Made by a program: the position numbers and the translations under genes
Notes under the pieces: model-generated
What the model saw: the letters and a program-made list of their open reading frames with translations, nothing else
Databases searched by the model: none
What the model was told of the DNA's origin: nothing
NCBI GenBank assembly: GCA_964472275.1
Contig: CAYYJN010000006.1
Span: forward strand, 9,122 to 73,121
Reading direction: 5' to 3'
DNA from: an uncultured Solibacteraceae bacterium
Lineage (GTDB): Bacteria > Acidobacteriota > Holophagae > Holophagales > Holophagaceae
DNA: 64,000 nucleotides
Shown here: positions 17,995 to 27,024 of the stretch, piece by piece
How the letters are laid out: each line of letters opens with the position of its first letter
Position numbering within the stretch: the stretch's first letter is position 1

Positions 17995-18513
17995 ATGACT
18001 GACGGCCAAGCCGCGCCCAAGAAAGGCATGAACCCCATCCTCAAGTGGCTGCTCATCGGATGCGGCACGATCGTGCTGCTGTCCATCCTCGTCGTGGGCG
18101 GCTGTTCCTACTATGTCTATCACAAGGCCAAGGAGAAGGTCGCCGAGGTCAAGGCCGCGGCCGCCGAGCGGGGCATCACGGTGGACACCTCCCACGGCCT
18201 CGCCGCCGGGATGATGAGCGCCGCCAACCAGGGCATCGTGAAGAGCATGGTGCAGGAAGGCAACGCGGTCGTCCTCGCGCTGCCGGAATCCGAGCGCCCG
18301 GCCGCCCAGGCCGTCTACAAAGAGCTCGACGAGAAGAAGGCGCAGCTCACCGCCGAGGACATGGCCGACCTGATGAAGGCCCATCAGGCCTTCCAGGAAT
18401 CCATGATGCAGAACATGCCCGCCGCCACCACCGGCGCGAAGAAGTCGCCCCTGGAGCCTGAAGCCAGCCGCGCCCTCATCAGCGCCATCAAGGTCGTCCT
18501 CGCGCGCCACTGA
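17995..18513 (+). CDS. hypothetical single-pass membrane protein
   Basis: 172-aa ORF with one TM segment (ILKWLLIGCGTIVLLSILVVGG) and an Ala/Lys/Glu-rich helical remainder. It is followed by a hairpin terminator. Confidence 0.55.
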   Translation: MTDGQAAPKKGMNPILKWLLIGCGTIVLLSILVVGGCSYYVYHKAKEKVAEVKAAAAERGITVDTSHGLAAGMMSAANQGIVKSMVQEGNAVVLALPESERPAAQAVYKELDEKKAQLTAEDMADLMKAHQAFQESMMQNMPAATTGAKKSPLEPEASRALISAIKVVLARH

Positions 18514-18527
18514 TCGCGCGCGTTCCC

Positions 18528-18555
18528 ACGAAGCGGCCCGCGAGGGCCGCTTCGT
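18528..18555. terminator. bidirectional hairpin terminator
   Basis: ACGAAGCGGCCC-GCGA-GGGCCGCTTCGT has a 12-bp perfect stem. It lies between convergent 17995..18513 and 18561..19532. Confidence 0.7.
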
Positions 18556-18560
18556 CCTGT

Positions 18561-19532
18561 TTAGAGCGAAGCCATCACGCTTTCAGGCATCAGCTCCTCC
18601 AGGCACTGACGGCGGCGGCAGGCGCGGTCACGGCAAGGCGAGCAGGCGATGCCCGTGCGGAGCAGCGCGCCCGCGCCTTCCGGCAAACCGGCGACAACGG
18701 GATCGCTGGGGCCGAAGAGCGCCGTGACGGGCGCGCCGCAGAGCACGGCCAGGTGCAGCAGGCCCGTGTCGCCGGTGATGACGCGATCCGCCTGCCGCAC
18801 CGCGGCGGCAAGCTGCCACCAGGGCAGCGGCGGCAAAGCGGGCACCCCGCTCTCCGCGGGCAGCCACGCGCGCAGCTCCGCTTCATCGGGGCCGAGGCTC
18901 CAGCGCGGTTCGAAGCGATCTTTCATCCGCGCCGCCAGCGCGAGCCAGTGAGGCATCGGCCACCGCTTGTGCGCGCCCGCGCGCGACGCGCCGGGCACGA
19001 GCACGACGCGCGGCCGCGAGGTCTGCCAGATCGCGCCAGGGTCCGGCAGCGCGGCGTCCTTCAACACGGGACGGAAGCGGCCGAGGCCCGCCACGCCCCG
19101 GCTCGCGCCAAAGGCTTCCGCGAGTCCGAGCGCCTGGGCGTAGCGCGTCTGAAGGTTGAAGGGCGCGCGCTTCGTTTGCAGCAGCCCCGCGCCTTCCTTC
19201 GTGACGCCATCGCCCCAGCGTTCGTCAATGCCCGCGAATTTCGGAATCAGCGCGGATTTGAGGATGCCGTGGAAGTCGAGGCTCGCCTCCGCGCCACGGA
19301 TCTCCAAAGCCGCCCGCTTCAACTCGGGCAACGCCTTGAAGGGATCGGACAATACCTTCCGCTTCACGAGCACCGGCTCCAGCCAGGGAAAGGGCTCCAG
19401 CAAAAAGGCGTGGCGATCCTCCACCACCGCCTGCAGCCGCGCGTCAGGAAACGCCTCGTGCAGGTTCGCCCACGCCGGCAGCACCCGCAGGATGTCGCCC
19501 AGGGCGGAGAGGCGGAGCAAGGCCAGGTGCAT
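18561..19532 (-). CDS. glycosyltransferase family 9 (LPS heptosyltransferase-like)
   Basis: The N-terminal LSALGDILRVLP and the C-terminal ITGDTGLLHLAVLCGAPVTALFGPSDP motifs are typical of RfaF/WaaC-type GT9 enzymes. Confidence 0.82.
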   Translation of the reverse strand: MHLALLRLSALGDILRVLPAWANLHEAFPDARLQAVVEDRHAFLLEPFPWLEPVLVKRKVLSDPFKALPELKRAALEIRGAEASLDFHGILKSALIPKFAGIDERWGDGVTKEGAGLLQTKRAPFNLQTRYAQALGLAEAFGASRGVAGLGRFRPVLKDAALPDPGAIWQTSRPRVVLVPGASRAGAHKRWPMPHWLALAARMKDRFEPRWSLGPDEAELRAWLPAESGVPALPPLPWWQLAAAVRQADRVITGDTGLLHLAVLCGAPVTALFGPSDPVVAGLPEGAGALLRTGIACSPCRDRACRRRQCLEELMPESVMASL

Positions 19533-19543
19533 CGTTTCATCTT

Positions 19544-19664
19544 AGGGCCTTGGACTTTTGGCTTTGGGCTTTTGCTTGCGCCGACCCATCCCAGGGTGCT
19601 CGGGCCAATCAGGAGCACGGCATGTCTCGTCCAGCGAAAGCCAAAAGCCAAGAGCCGAAAGCCC
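19544..19664. repeat. intergenic palindromic element, copy D (TTTTGGC/TTTGGGC word arms)
   Basis: The left arm ends at ...CTTTTGCTTGCG, with the core GCCGACCCATC at 19580-19590. The right arm, CGAAAGCCAAAAGCCAAGAGCCGAAAGCCC, spans 19635-19664. It is a near-copy of 50529..50630. It fills the divergent intergenic region between the 19532 and 19686 starts. Confidence 0.85.
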
Positions 19665-19685
19665 GATCGGGCGTAGGCTGACGCC

Positions 19686-20516
19686 ATGAACTCCGAGCCC
19701 GCTTCCTTCGCCACCGACCAGCGGAAGAACCCGCCACCCGCCAACTGGCTGGACAGGCTGCTGCGCCGCTTCGCGCGGATGAGCTACGGCACGGCCGTGC
19801 TCCTGCTCTATGTGCTCGCGTCATCGGCGCTGGGGCTCGCGCTCATGCCCGCCTTCGCCTTCTGGCATCTGGCCGGACGGCTGGGTGGGGGATGGAACCC
19901 GCCACTGCACTGGATCTGGGAAGGCTTCACCTTCGCGCTGTGCTTCTTCATCTTCGGGCTCGCGCTGATGGTCGTCGTGCCGCTCTACAACTTCGTCCTG
20001 CCGACGCGCTTCAAGGCCTTCAAGGGCGGCTACTACACCCTGGCCGCCGTGCCCTGGTTCCTGCACAACGGGCTCTTCTACCTCGTGCGTTTCACCTTCC
20101 TGCCCTTCGCGACGCTGACGCCCTTCGGCGTCTGGTTCCTGAAAGCGATGGGCATGAAGATCGGCCGCCACGCCTTCATCAACACCGAGCTCATCAGCGA
20201 CCCGCGCTTCATCGAGATCGGGGACGACGCCGCGCTCGGCGGCTCCGTGCGCATCTTCGCTCACTACGGAGGTGGCGGGAACCTCGTCCTCGCGCCGGTG
20301 AAGATCGGCAACCGCGCCACGCTCGGCGCCGGGGCGTGTGTCATGGGCGATGTGGAGGTCGGCGACGGCGCCACCGTCCTGCCCCACTCCGTGCTGCTCC
20401 CCGGCACCCGCGTCCCCGCCAGCGAAACCTGGGGCGGCGTCCCCGCGCGGCGCATCCCCCGCGACGAGATGGACGCGATCAAAGCCCACATCCGAGGGCT
20501 CGTGGACCTGGGCTGA
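19686..20516 (+). CDS. membrane-anchored hexapeptide-repeat (left-handed beta-helix) acyltransferase-like protein
   Basis: The N-terminal half has about 4 TM segments. The C-terminal half has hexapeptide repeats: IGDDAALGGSVRIFAH...VKIGNRATLGAGACVMGDVEVGDGATVLPHSVLLPGTRV. Confidence 0.7.
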   Translation: MNSEPASFATDQRKNPPPANWLDRLLRRFARMSYGTAVLLLYVLASSALGLALMPAFAFWHLAGRLGGGWNPPLHWIWEGFTFALCFFIFGLALMVVVPLYNFVLPTRFKAFKGGYYTLAAVPWFLHNGLFYLVRFTFLPFATLTPFGVWFLKAMGMKIGRHAFINTELISDPRFIEIGDDAALGGSVRIFAHYGGGGNLVLAPVKIGNRATLGAGACVMGDVEVGDGATVLPHSVLLPGTRVPASETWGGVPARRIPRDEMDAIKAHIRGLVDLG

Positions 20517-20571
20517 CACCAGGCCTCGGGCCACGGGCCTCCGGCGAATTCATCCTTTTCCGAGGCTCGAT

Positions 20572-20599
20572 TTGACTATTACTAACTTCATACTAATAC
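20572..20599 (+). promoter_or_regulatory. candidate promoter/operator of the padR operon
   Basis: An AT-rich stretch in a GC-rich genome reads TTGACT-16 nt-TAATAC. It contains direct repeats ACTATTACTAA/ACTAATACTAT. A GGAGG Shine-Dalgarno sequence lies at 20633-20637, before the ATG at 20642. Confidence 0.4.
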
Positions 20600-20641
20600 T
20601 ATGTCCACGGTGCCCGTATCCCCTCACATGACGGAGGCCCC

Positions 20642-21007
20642 ATGGACCCTGGATCGCTGGATGACCTGGAGCGCAAGTTCCAGAAGGAGCTCAACGCGGG
20701 CACCGTGGCCCTGCTCCTGATGGCGGTGCTGGCGGAGGCCTCCGAGCCGCGCTACGCCTACGACATCGCGCGGGAGCTGGAAGAGCGGGCGCCCATCACC
20801 AAACTGGGCACGCTCTATCCCACGCTGCGCTCGCTGGAGGGCCTCGGCCTCCTGGACAGCCGCGTGGAGCCGTCGGTCTCCGGCCCGCCCCGCAAGTACT
20901 ACCGCCTCACCAAGGACGGCCGCGCCGCGCTGGCCGCGTGGGCGAAGCAATGGAAGCAGACCAGCCAAGCCGTGAACGCCGTGCTCAAGGGAGTGGACCA
21001 TGCCTGA
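20642..21007 (+). CDS. PadR-family transcriptional regulator
   Basis: The 121-aa winged-helix pattern reads LLLMAVLAEASEPRYAYDIARELE...GTLYPTLRSLEGLGLLDSRVE...PRKYYRLTKDG. Confidence 0.88.
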   Translation: MDPGSLDDLERKFQKELNAGTVALLLMAVLAEASEPRYAYDIARELEERAPITKLGTLYPTLRSLEGLGLLDSRVEPSVSGPPRKYYRLTKDGRAALAAWAKQWKQTSQAVNAVLKGVDHA

Positions 21008-21923
21008 CCGGATGCCTGACCAGATCATTGACGCCTACCTGGACCGCTTGAAGGCGGCCCTCAAGGGCTGCGACAAGGCGCTCATCCAGGACGCGCTGTG
21101 GGACGCGGAGAACCACCTGCGCTCCGAAGTGGCGCGGCAGCGCTACCAGGACGCGGCCTTCGACGAAGCCGAAGCACTTCCCGCGATCCTCGCCGCCTAC
21201 GGCGAGCCCGCGGAAGTGGCCGCGGCCTACCGCGAGCGGGACGCCCTCGTGAGCGCCGCCCTCAGGCCAACCCCGCCCGCGCGACAGGAATACGAGGCTC
21301 CGCCGCCTCCCACGCGCCCGGGCTTCTTTGGCGTGCTGAAGGATTTCCGCGCCTACACTTCGCTGCTCTACCTCCTCATCTCCATCGGCCCCGGCATCTT
21401 CTTCTTCGTCTGGGCGATCACGGGGATTTCGCTGTCCCTCGCGCTCTCCATCCTCATCATCGGCATTCCCTTCGCGGTCGCCTTCCTCGGTTCCGTGCGC
21501 CTGCTGGCCATCGCCGAAGGCCGCCTGGTGGAAGCGATGCTGGGCGCGCGCATGCCGCGCAGCCAGCCGCCGACGGAAGGCGCGGGCGGATGGAAGGCGC
21601 GCATCCTCGCCATGCTCCACGACGGGCGCACCTGGTCGAGCCTCGCCTACCTGCTGCTCATGCTGCCCCTGGGCGTCTTCTACTTCAGCGCCATGGTGAC
21701 GATGCTATCGCTGAGCTTGGCCCTGCTCGCCACGCCCATCGTCCACTTCGTCTTCCACGAAGTCACCTTCGACGGCTGGTACTGGGGCGGCGCTCACGCG
21801 AACTTCGTGGCGGTGGTGTGGGGGATCTTCGGGATCTTCGCCGTGCCCCTCACGCTCCACATCGCCCGCGCCCTGGGCCGCCTGCAAGGCCGACTCGCGC
21901 GGCACATGCTCGTGCGAATCTGA
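21000..21923 (+). CDS. PadR-associated membrane protein (DUF1700-like N-terminus, duplicated TM module)
   Basis: The N-terminal soluble segment IDAYLDRLKAALKGCDKALIQDALWDAENHL is of the type found next to PadR genes. Two similar polytopic TM modules follow. It overlaps padR by 8 nt. Confidence 0.65.
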   Translation: MPDRMPDQIIDAYLDRLKAALKGCDKALIQDALWDAENHLRSEVARQRYQDAAFDEAEALPAILAAYGEPAEVAAAYRERDALVSAALRPTPPARQEYEAPPPPTRPGFFGVLKDFRAYTSLLYLLISIGPGIFFFVWAITGISLSLALSILIIGIPFAVAFLGSVRLLAIAEGRLVEAMLGARMPRSQPPTEGAGGWKARILAMLHDGRTWSSLAYLLLMLPLGVFYFSAMVTMLSLSLALLATPIVHFVFHEVTFDGWYWGGAHANFVAVVWGIFGIFAVPLTLHIARALGRLQGRLARHMLVRI

Positions 21924-23012
21924 TCAGGCCCACCCCATCCCCGCCGCGAGGTCATCCAGGCAGATCTCGACGGCGCGGTTGGGCTCGGGCTGCTGGGCGA
22001 GTTGCACGCGGGCGTAGGCGTTGCCCATGTGGCTGTGGCAGTGGGCTTCGAGGTGGTCGGCGAGGTTCGCCTGCTGCTGCACGAGCACGGCTCGGAATTC
22101 CTTCGCCATGGCCTCGGCGTTGCGGAGCTGATGCTGGTTGGCGCTGGTGGGCAGCGGGACGAGGATGGAGCCGCGCCCCGCGACCTTCAGCTCCGCGCAG
22201 GTGGAGGCTCCGGCCCGGCTCACCACGAGGCTGGAGGCCTCCATCGCGCCCGCCATGTCCTCGATGAAGGGCACGAGGTGATGCCGCTCATGACGCGGAC
22301 TCGCGCTCAGACGCTCGAATTCCGCGGGGCCGACCTGGTGGAGGATGGTCCAGTCCTCGAAGATCGCCAGCAGCGCCGGAGCCGCTTCCAGCATGGCGTC
22401 GTTGATGGCGCGGGCGCCGCCGCTGCCGCCCAGCACGAGCAATTGGAACGGCCGACGCAGTTCCTTGATGGGCTTGAAGGGCCGACGGAAGGCGTCCCGC
22501 ACCGGCGTCCCGGCGGTGAGGCAGTCGGCGCCGGGGAGGAGTTCCTTCACCGCGTCCATGCCGCACCACACGCGCCGCGCGCCAGCGGCCATCTGCTTCA
22601 CCAGCGCGCCGGGCGCGGCGTTGCTTTCATGGATGAAGGTGGGGATGCCCAGGCTCTTCGCCGCCATCAGCGCGGGCGCGGCGCCGTAGCCGCCTGTGGC
22701 GATGACCGCGGCCGGGCGCGCGGCCTTCCATCTCCGCGCCAGCGCGGCCTTGGCGCGCCAGAGCTTCCACGCGGAGCGCGCGACGCGGAACGGCGAGCGG
22801 CCGAGGAAGCCTTCCACATCAAGCAGGACATGGGGCCACTCGGAGCCCGGGAGCTTGCGCGCCTCGATGCCGCGGGTGGCGCCTACGAAGGCGATCTTCC
22901 GCTCCGGCCAGCGTGCGCGAGCGCCCTCCGCCAAGGCCACGGCCGGAAAGAAATGCCCCCCCGTGCCGCCGCCAGTGAAAACGATCGCGTCCTGAAAATC
23001 CGGTTCGCTCAT
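21924..23012 (-). CDS. murG: MurG-like undecaprenyldiphospho-muramoylpentapeptide beta-N-acetylglucosaminyltransferase (GT28)
   Basis: FTGGGTGGHFFPAVALAEG is the G-loop 1 motif. The 362-aa GT28 layout includes the C-terminal ...GASTCAELKVAGRGSILVPLP. Confidence 0.75.
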   Translation of the reverse strand: MSEPDFQDAIVFTGGGTGGHFFPAVALAEGARARWPERKIAFVGATRGIEARKLPGSEWPHVLLDVEGFLGRSPFRVARSAWKLWRAKAALARRWKAARPAAVIATGGYGAAPALMAAKSLGIPTFIHESNAAPGALVKQMAAGARRVWCGMDAVKELLPGADCLTAGTPVRDAFRRPFKPIKELRRPFQLLVLGGSGGARAINDAMLEAAPALLAIFEDWTILHQVGPAEFERLSASPRHERHHLVPFIEDMAGAMEASSLVVSRAGASTCAELKVAGRGSILVPLPTSANQHQLRNAEAMAKEFRAVLVQQQANLADHLEAHCHSHMGNAYARVQLAQQPEPNRAVEICLDDLAAGMGWA

Positions 23013-23041
23013 GCCTCCAGCCTACCGGAGGCGGGCGATCC

Positions 23042-24013
23042 TCACGGCTTGGCGGCAGCCGGAGCTGGAGTCGCGGCCGCGCCGCTGTGGCCCTGGAGGC
23101 TGAAGGTGCGGTTGGAGCTCGCGGAGGAGCCCGTCTCGCCCTTCACGGTGAGCGTGAAGGAGTCGCCGTCCTTGAGCGTGGTCGTGGCCTGGATGGGGCT
23201 CTGGTCGGACGAGGCGAGCACCTCGTCGCCCCGGCGGATCTCCGCATGGCCGCCACTAAAGTCGCCCACGAGCACGAGCGGCTGGCCCACCGCGATGGCG
23301 CCGGTGGCGGCGAAGCTCCTCACCTGGGGTGGCGGCAGCACCTTCACGGTCAGGGTCTTGGTGGCGACCGTGCCCGCCTCATTGGTGCCCGTGAGCGTGT
23401 AGGTGGTCGTTTCCTTGGGCTCCACGGTCTTGGCGGGGCCGTTCAGGGCGGTCACATCTTCGCCGCCGGGGTCCAAGGTGAGTTTGGTCGCGCCACGGGC
23501 GTCCCAGCCAAGGAAGACCTTCTCGCCCGGGTTCACGGCCGGTGGATTGGCGTCGAAGCGGGCGATGGCCGGGGCTTGGATGATCTTCACCGTGGCCATG
23601 GCGACCGTCTTCGCGCCCGCGGCGTTGGCGCCCGCGCAGTAGACATGGGCGTAGCCGATCTCGCCGGCCGTCCAGAGGACGGACGAGCCATCCGCCGAGC
23701 CTTCGATCTTCCCGTTATCCACATACCAGGTGTAGCTGAGGCCTGGATCGCCGCCCGCAGCCGCCACATGGCCGGGCGTGCCGGAGCTGACGAGGCCATC
23801 GGCCTGCACCATCACGGAGGGCGCGGCGGTCTTCCCAGCGGGTGTCGTGCTCACGATCGTGCTGGGGGCGGCGCTGGCCTGCGCTTGAGGCGGAACGGCG
23901 GGCGCCGCCGCGCTCTCCTTTCGTCCGCAGGCCGTCAGGGCGACGAGCCCGAGCAGGGCGGCGCCCAGGGGGGCCACCGGGAAACCGAGGCGGGAACGCG
24001 TATGGGTGCGCAT
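23042..24013 (-). CDS. lipoprotein with Ig-like beta-sandwich repeats
   Basis: Lipobox LGLVALTAC. Repeated roughly 80-aa segments are rich in T/G/V beta-strand patterns (TTYTLTGTNEAGTVATKTLTVKV). I recognise no catalytic motif. Confidence 0.6.
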   Translation of the reverse strand: MRTHTRSRLGFPVAPLGAALLGLVALTACGRKESAAAPAVPPQAQASAAPSTIVSTTPAGKTAAPSVMVQADGLVSSGTPGHVAAAGGDPGLSYTWYVDNGKIEGSADGSSVLWTAGEIGYAHVYCAGANAAGAKTVAMATVKIIQAPAIARFDANPPAVNPGEKVFLGWDARGATKLTLDPGGEDVTALNGPAKTVEPKETTTYTLTGTNEAGTVATKTLTVKVLPPPQVRSFAATGAIAVGQPLVLVGDFSGGHAEIRRGDEVLASSDQSPIQATTTLKDGDSFTLTVKGETGSSASSNRTFSLQGHSGAAATPAPAAAKP

Positions 24014-24123
24014 GGTGCCTTCCTTTTACCACGATCAATCCTGATGCGCGCACCTTTCGCTAGGGGCCGGTGAGGCGCTCCGGTAAAATGGGGCTTTGGC
24101 CGCACGGCCCTTCTGGAGTGCCC

Positions 24124-24873
24124 ATGAAGATCCTCGTCTGCTTGAAGCAGGTGCCCGACACGGAGACCAAGATCAAGGTCGCCGCCGATGGGAAGTCGCT
24201 GGACCCCGCCGATGTGAAGTGGATCACCAGCCCCTACGACGAGTACGCGCTGGAAGAGGGCCTGCGCCTGAAGGAATCCGCCGGGGCCGAAGTGACCGTC
24301 GCCACCGTGGGCGATGAGAAGGCGAAGGAGATCCTCCGCAACGCCTTCGCCCTGGGCGCGGACAACGCCGTGCTCATCAAGGGCGATGGCCAGGGCGACA
24401 CGCTCGCCACGGCCTCCATCCTCGCGGCCTTCGCCAAGGACAAGGGCTTCGACCTCGTCCTCTCCGGCAACAAGGGCCTGGGCGGCGACAACTCCGCCGT
24501 GGGGCCGATGCTGGCCGAGCTGCTGGGCTACGCCCAGGCCAATGTGGTCGTGAAGCTCGAAGTGGCGGACGGGAAGTTCCGCGCCGAGCGCGAGATCGAA
24601 GGCGGCACGGAAGTCGTCGAAGGCGCCCTGCCCGCGGTCGTGACGGCGCAGAAGGGCCTCAACGAGCCCCGCTACGCCAGCCTCAAGGGCATCATGGCGG
24701 CCAAGAAGAAGACCATCGAGGAAGTGGAAGTCGGCGGCCACGCCGCCGCCACGGGCACCCTCGCCATGGCACTGCCGCCCGCGCGCCCCGAGGGCCGCAA
24801 ACTGGAAGGCGACGCCGCCGCCCAGGCCAAGGCGCTCATGGACGCGCTCAAGAACGAAGCCAAGGTTTTCTGA
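24124..24873 (+). CDS. etfB: electron transfer flavoprotein beta subunit
   Basis: Uses the internal Met (aa 19) of ORF 24070..24873. MKILVCLKQVPDTETKIKV is the canonical EtfB N-terminus. Confidence 0.92.
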   Translation: MKILVCLKQVPDTETKIKVAADGKSLDPADVKWITSPYDEYALEEGLRLKESAGAEVTVATVGDEKAKEILRNAFALGADNAVLIKGDGQGDTLATASILAAFAKDKGFDLVLSGNKGLGGDNSAVGPMLAELLGYAQANVVVKLEVADGKFRAEREIEGGTEVVEGALPAVVTAQKGLNEPRYASLKGIMAAKKKTIEEVEVGGHAAATGTLAMALPPARPEGRKLEGDAAAQAKALMDALKNEAKVF

Positions 24874-24903
24874 TCCGCAGACGCTGACGAAAAGGACGAA
24901 CCC

Positions 24904-25878
24904 ATGATTCTCGTGTTCTGCGAACTGAAAGACGGCAAACTCCGCAAGCCCAGCGCCGAAGCCCTCAGCGAAGGCCGCCGCCTGGCGGACGCCAGCGGCC
25001 AGCAGCTCGGCGCGCTCACCGTGGGCGCTTCCGCCGACGGCGCCTCGGACGCGGCCAAGCACGGCGCCGATGTGATCCTCACCTGCGTCGCGCCCGCGCT
25101 GGCCTCCTACTCCAGCGACGCCTTCGCCGCCGTCCTCGCGTCCGCCGCCAAGGCCAAGGGCGCGGCCATCCTGCTCGGCGCCGCCACGGCCATGGGCAAG
25201 GACGCCCTGCCGCGCGCCGCCGCGCGCCTGGACGCGGGCTACGCGGGCGATGTGACCGGCCTCTCCATCGAGGGCGGCAAGCTCCAGGCCGTGCGCCCCG
25301 TCTACGCGGGCAAGGCCTTCGCCACCACCGGCTTCACCAGCGCCGTGCAGGTCGCGACGACCCGCCCCAATGTCTTCGCCATCGCCGAGAAGGTCGGCGC
25401 GGGCGCGATGGAATCCATCGAAGCCCCCGCCGGGGACTTCAAGGCCATCGTGAAGGAGATCCTCGCCAAGGGCGGCGGCAAGGTGGACCTCACCGAAGCC
25501 AATGTCATCGTCGCCGGCGGCCGCGGCCTGAAGAGCGGCGAGAACTTCAAGATCCTCGAAGAGCTGGCGGACGCCCTCGGCGGCGTCGTGGGCGCGTCCC
25601 GCGCCGCGGTGGACGCGGGCTGGGGCCTGTCCCACGGGATTCAGGTGGGCCAGACCGGCAAGGTCGTGAGCCCCACGCTCTACATCGCCGCGGGCATCAG
25701 CGGCGCCATCCAGCACCTCGCCGGCATGAGCAGCTCCAAGTACATCGTCGCCATCAACAAGGACCCCGAAGCCCCGATTTTCAAGATCGCGGACTATGGG
25801 ATCGTCGGCGACCTCTTCGAAGTCGTTCCCGAACTCACCAAGGCCGCGAATGCCATGGGCATCGGCGCGCACCACTAA
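24904..25878 (+). CDS. etfA: electron transfer flavoprotein alpha subunit
   Basis: The FAD-binding C-terminal motifs [30 protein letters not shown] and [16 protein letters not shown] are present. Confidence 0.92.
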   Translation: MILVFCELKDGKLRKPSAEALSEGRRLADASGQQLGALTVGASADGASDAAKHGADVILTCVAPALASYSSDAFAAVLASAAKAKGAAILLGAATAMGKDALPRAAARLDAGYAGDVTGLSIEGGKLQAVRPVYAGKAFATTGFTSAVQVATTRPNVFAIAEKVGAGAMESIEAPAGDFKAIVKEILAKGGGKVDLTEANVIVAGGRGLKSGENFKILEELADALGGVVGASRAAVDAGWGLSHGIQVGQTGKVVSPTLYIAAGISGAIQHLAGMSSSKYIVAINKDPEAPIFKIADYGIVGDLFEVVPELTKAANAMGIGAHH

Positions 25879-25891
25879 CGCGTTCCAGGTT

Positions 25892-25923
25892 CGAAGAAGG
25901 GCCCCGCATGGGGCCCTTCTTCG
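25892..25923. terminator. bidirectional hairpin terminator
   Basis: CGAAGAAGGGCCCC-GCAT-GGGGCCCTTCTTCG has a 14-bp perfect stem. It lies between convergent etfA and 25925..26803. Confidence 0.75.
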
Positions 25924-25924
25924 T

Positions 25925-26803
25925 TTACAGGCCCGTGGCGGGCACCACGGACTTGGGCTCAAAGCCCGCGCTGCGGCTGTTCCAGGCCTGGATCTTGAGG
26001 AGGTCGTCGCGGGTGACGCGGCCCTCATGGAAGTGGCCGTTCCATCGCACGAGGATCATGCGCTCGCGCTCGCCCGGGCGCGGCGCGTCATCCACCGCGA
26101 GGACGATGCCGCCCGGCGCGACAGCCTCGTGCCCGGTGCCGTCATGGAACACCACCAGCGCGTAATCGTCCGAGAAGGCCGCGCGCCAGAATCCATGGCG
26201 CGCCGTGTCCAGCTTGAAGAAGAGCTTGAGGTTCCGCGCGCTGGCGGGCACGGTGCGGAACTGGGCCCAGGCGTCGGTGGTCGTCGGCGCGGCGCGGAGG
26301 GCTTCCTCCAGCAACCGGCGCGGCTCTTCCTGGTACGCGTCCACGGGCGCCACGGCGAGGGTGTCCTTGATCCAGGCGTTGAGCTTCAAGCGGCGGACCC
26401 AATCCGCGAGTCCGAGGAAGACATAGGCCAGAGGCGCGAGCAGCGACAGCGCCGGAAACAACCATCTCGCCGCGGGCACGCCTGGCAGATCCACGCGCGG
26501 CAGCCGCGACGCCTCCATGAACGCGATGAAGCCGAGCAGGAGCGCGTTGAGCGGAAAGGCGAAGAGATCCAGGTGGAAGACCGTCTGGTTGCCCTTGGGC
26601 GAAAGCGCGCGCAGCAGCCAGGGAAGGACCACCAAAGCCGCCAGCAGGCTCGCGTGCGCCACCCAGGAGGCCCCCTGCCCCAGGCGGGCGGCGACGATCG
26701 CCAGCAGGATGAGCGCGGCCAGCGTGCCGAGCGAGGCGCGCCGCACCTCGGCCTCCGCCCGCAGATAGTCCGCGACCAGGCGCGCGCGCTCAAGGCTAGT
26801 CAT
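25925..26803 (-). CDS. hypothetical polytopic membrane protein with C-terminal soluble domain
   Basis: Start taken at Met8 ([10 protein letters not shown]), giving an 8-nt overlap with the upstream gene. About 5 TM segments are followed by a roughly 130-aa soluble domain ([18 protein letters not shown]...[18 protein letters not shown]). I recognise no family. Confidence 0.6.
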   Translation of the reverse strand: MTSLERARLVADYLRAEAEVRRASLGTLAALILLAIVAARLGQGASWVAHASLLAALVVLPWLLRALSPKGNQTVFHLDLFAFPLNALLLGFIAFMEASRLPRVDLPGVPAARWLFPALSLLAPLAYVFLGLADWVRRLKLNAWIKDTLAVAPVDAYQEEPRRLLEEALRAAPTTTDAWAQFRTVPASARNLKLFFKLDTARHGFWRAAFSDDYALVVFHDGTGHEAVAPGGIVLAVDDAPRPGERERMILVRWNGHFHEGRVTRDDLLKIQAWNSRSAGFEPKSVVPATGL

Positions 26804-27020
26804 CGTCCAACCCCAGGGATTCAAAGCCTTCCTGATGCAGGAAGGCGCGCGCGTCCTCCGCGTCCGTGAACCGCGCGATCACCGCGTAGCCTTCCCGCGC
26901 GTCGCCATCAATGAGGTCGAGGACATTGCGCTCGCGGACGATGCAGCCGTCGCCGAAATCCGCGAGCTCCCACTCGGAGCCGTGCTCATCCCGCCAGATC
27001 TCCAGGATCTGCGCGGCCAT
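26796..27020 (-). CDS. small acidic hypothetical protein
   Basis: The 74-aa ORF, MAAQILEIWRDEHGSEWELADFGDGCIV...ESLGLDDD, is strongly acidic. It sits tightly between two genes, with a 4-nt gap upstream and an 8-nt overlap downstream. Confidence 0.5.
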   Translation of the reverse strand: MAAQILEIWRDEHGSEWELADFGDGCIVRERNVLDLIDGDAREGYAVIARFTDAEDARAFLHQEGFESLGLDDD

Positions 27021-27024
27021 GGCC

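Noticed and set aside
19364-19744. Small ORFs translating the repeat elements into similar peptides (..GWVGASKSPKPKV.. at 19364..19744 and ..GWVGASKSQKPKV.. at 50503..50688), which could be mistaken for a conserved micro-protein.
   Set aside because: The similarity is a by-product of the repeated DNA (copies D and E). The ORFs have different lengths and starts, overlap real gene ends, and the conserved part coincides with the palindromic arms.
23935-26028. The 697-aa ORF on the minus strand overlapping etfB/etfA. Similar very long ORFs occur at 41463..44030 (+), 61086..63695 (+), 33586..36201 (+), 48742..50715 (+), 36816..38168 (+), 44520..46232 (-), 55626..57809 (-) and 45914..47689 (-).
   Set aside because: All lie antisense to, or out of frame with, genes carrying unambiguous catalytic motifs. 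Their translations are low-complexity and rich in R/A/G/P/H, as expected for stop-poor alternative frames in high-GC DNA. No motif supports any of them.
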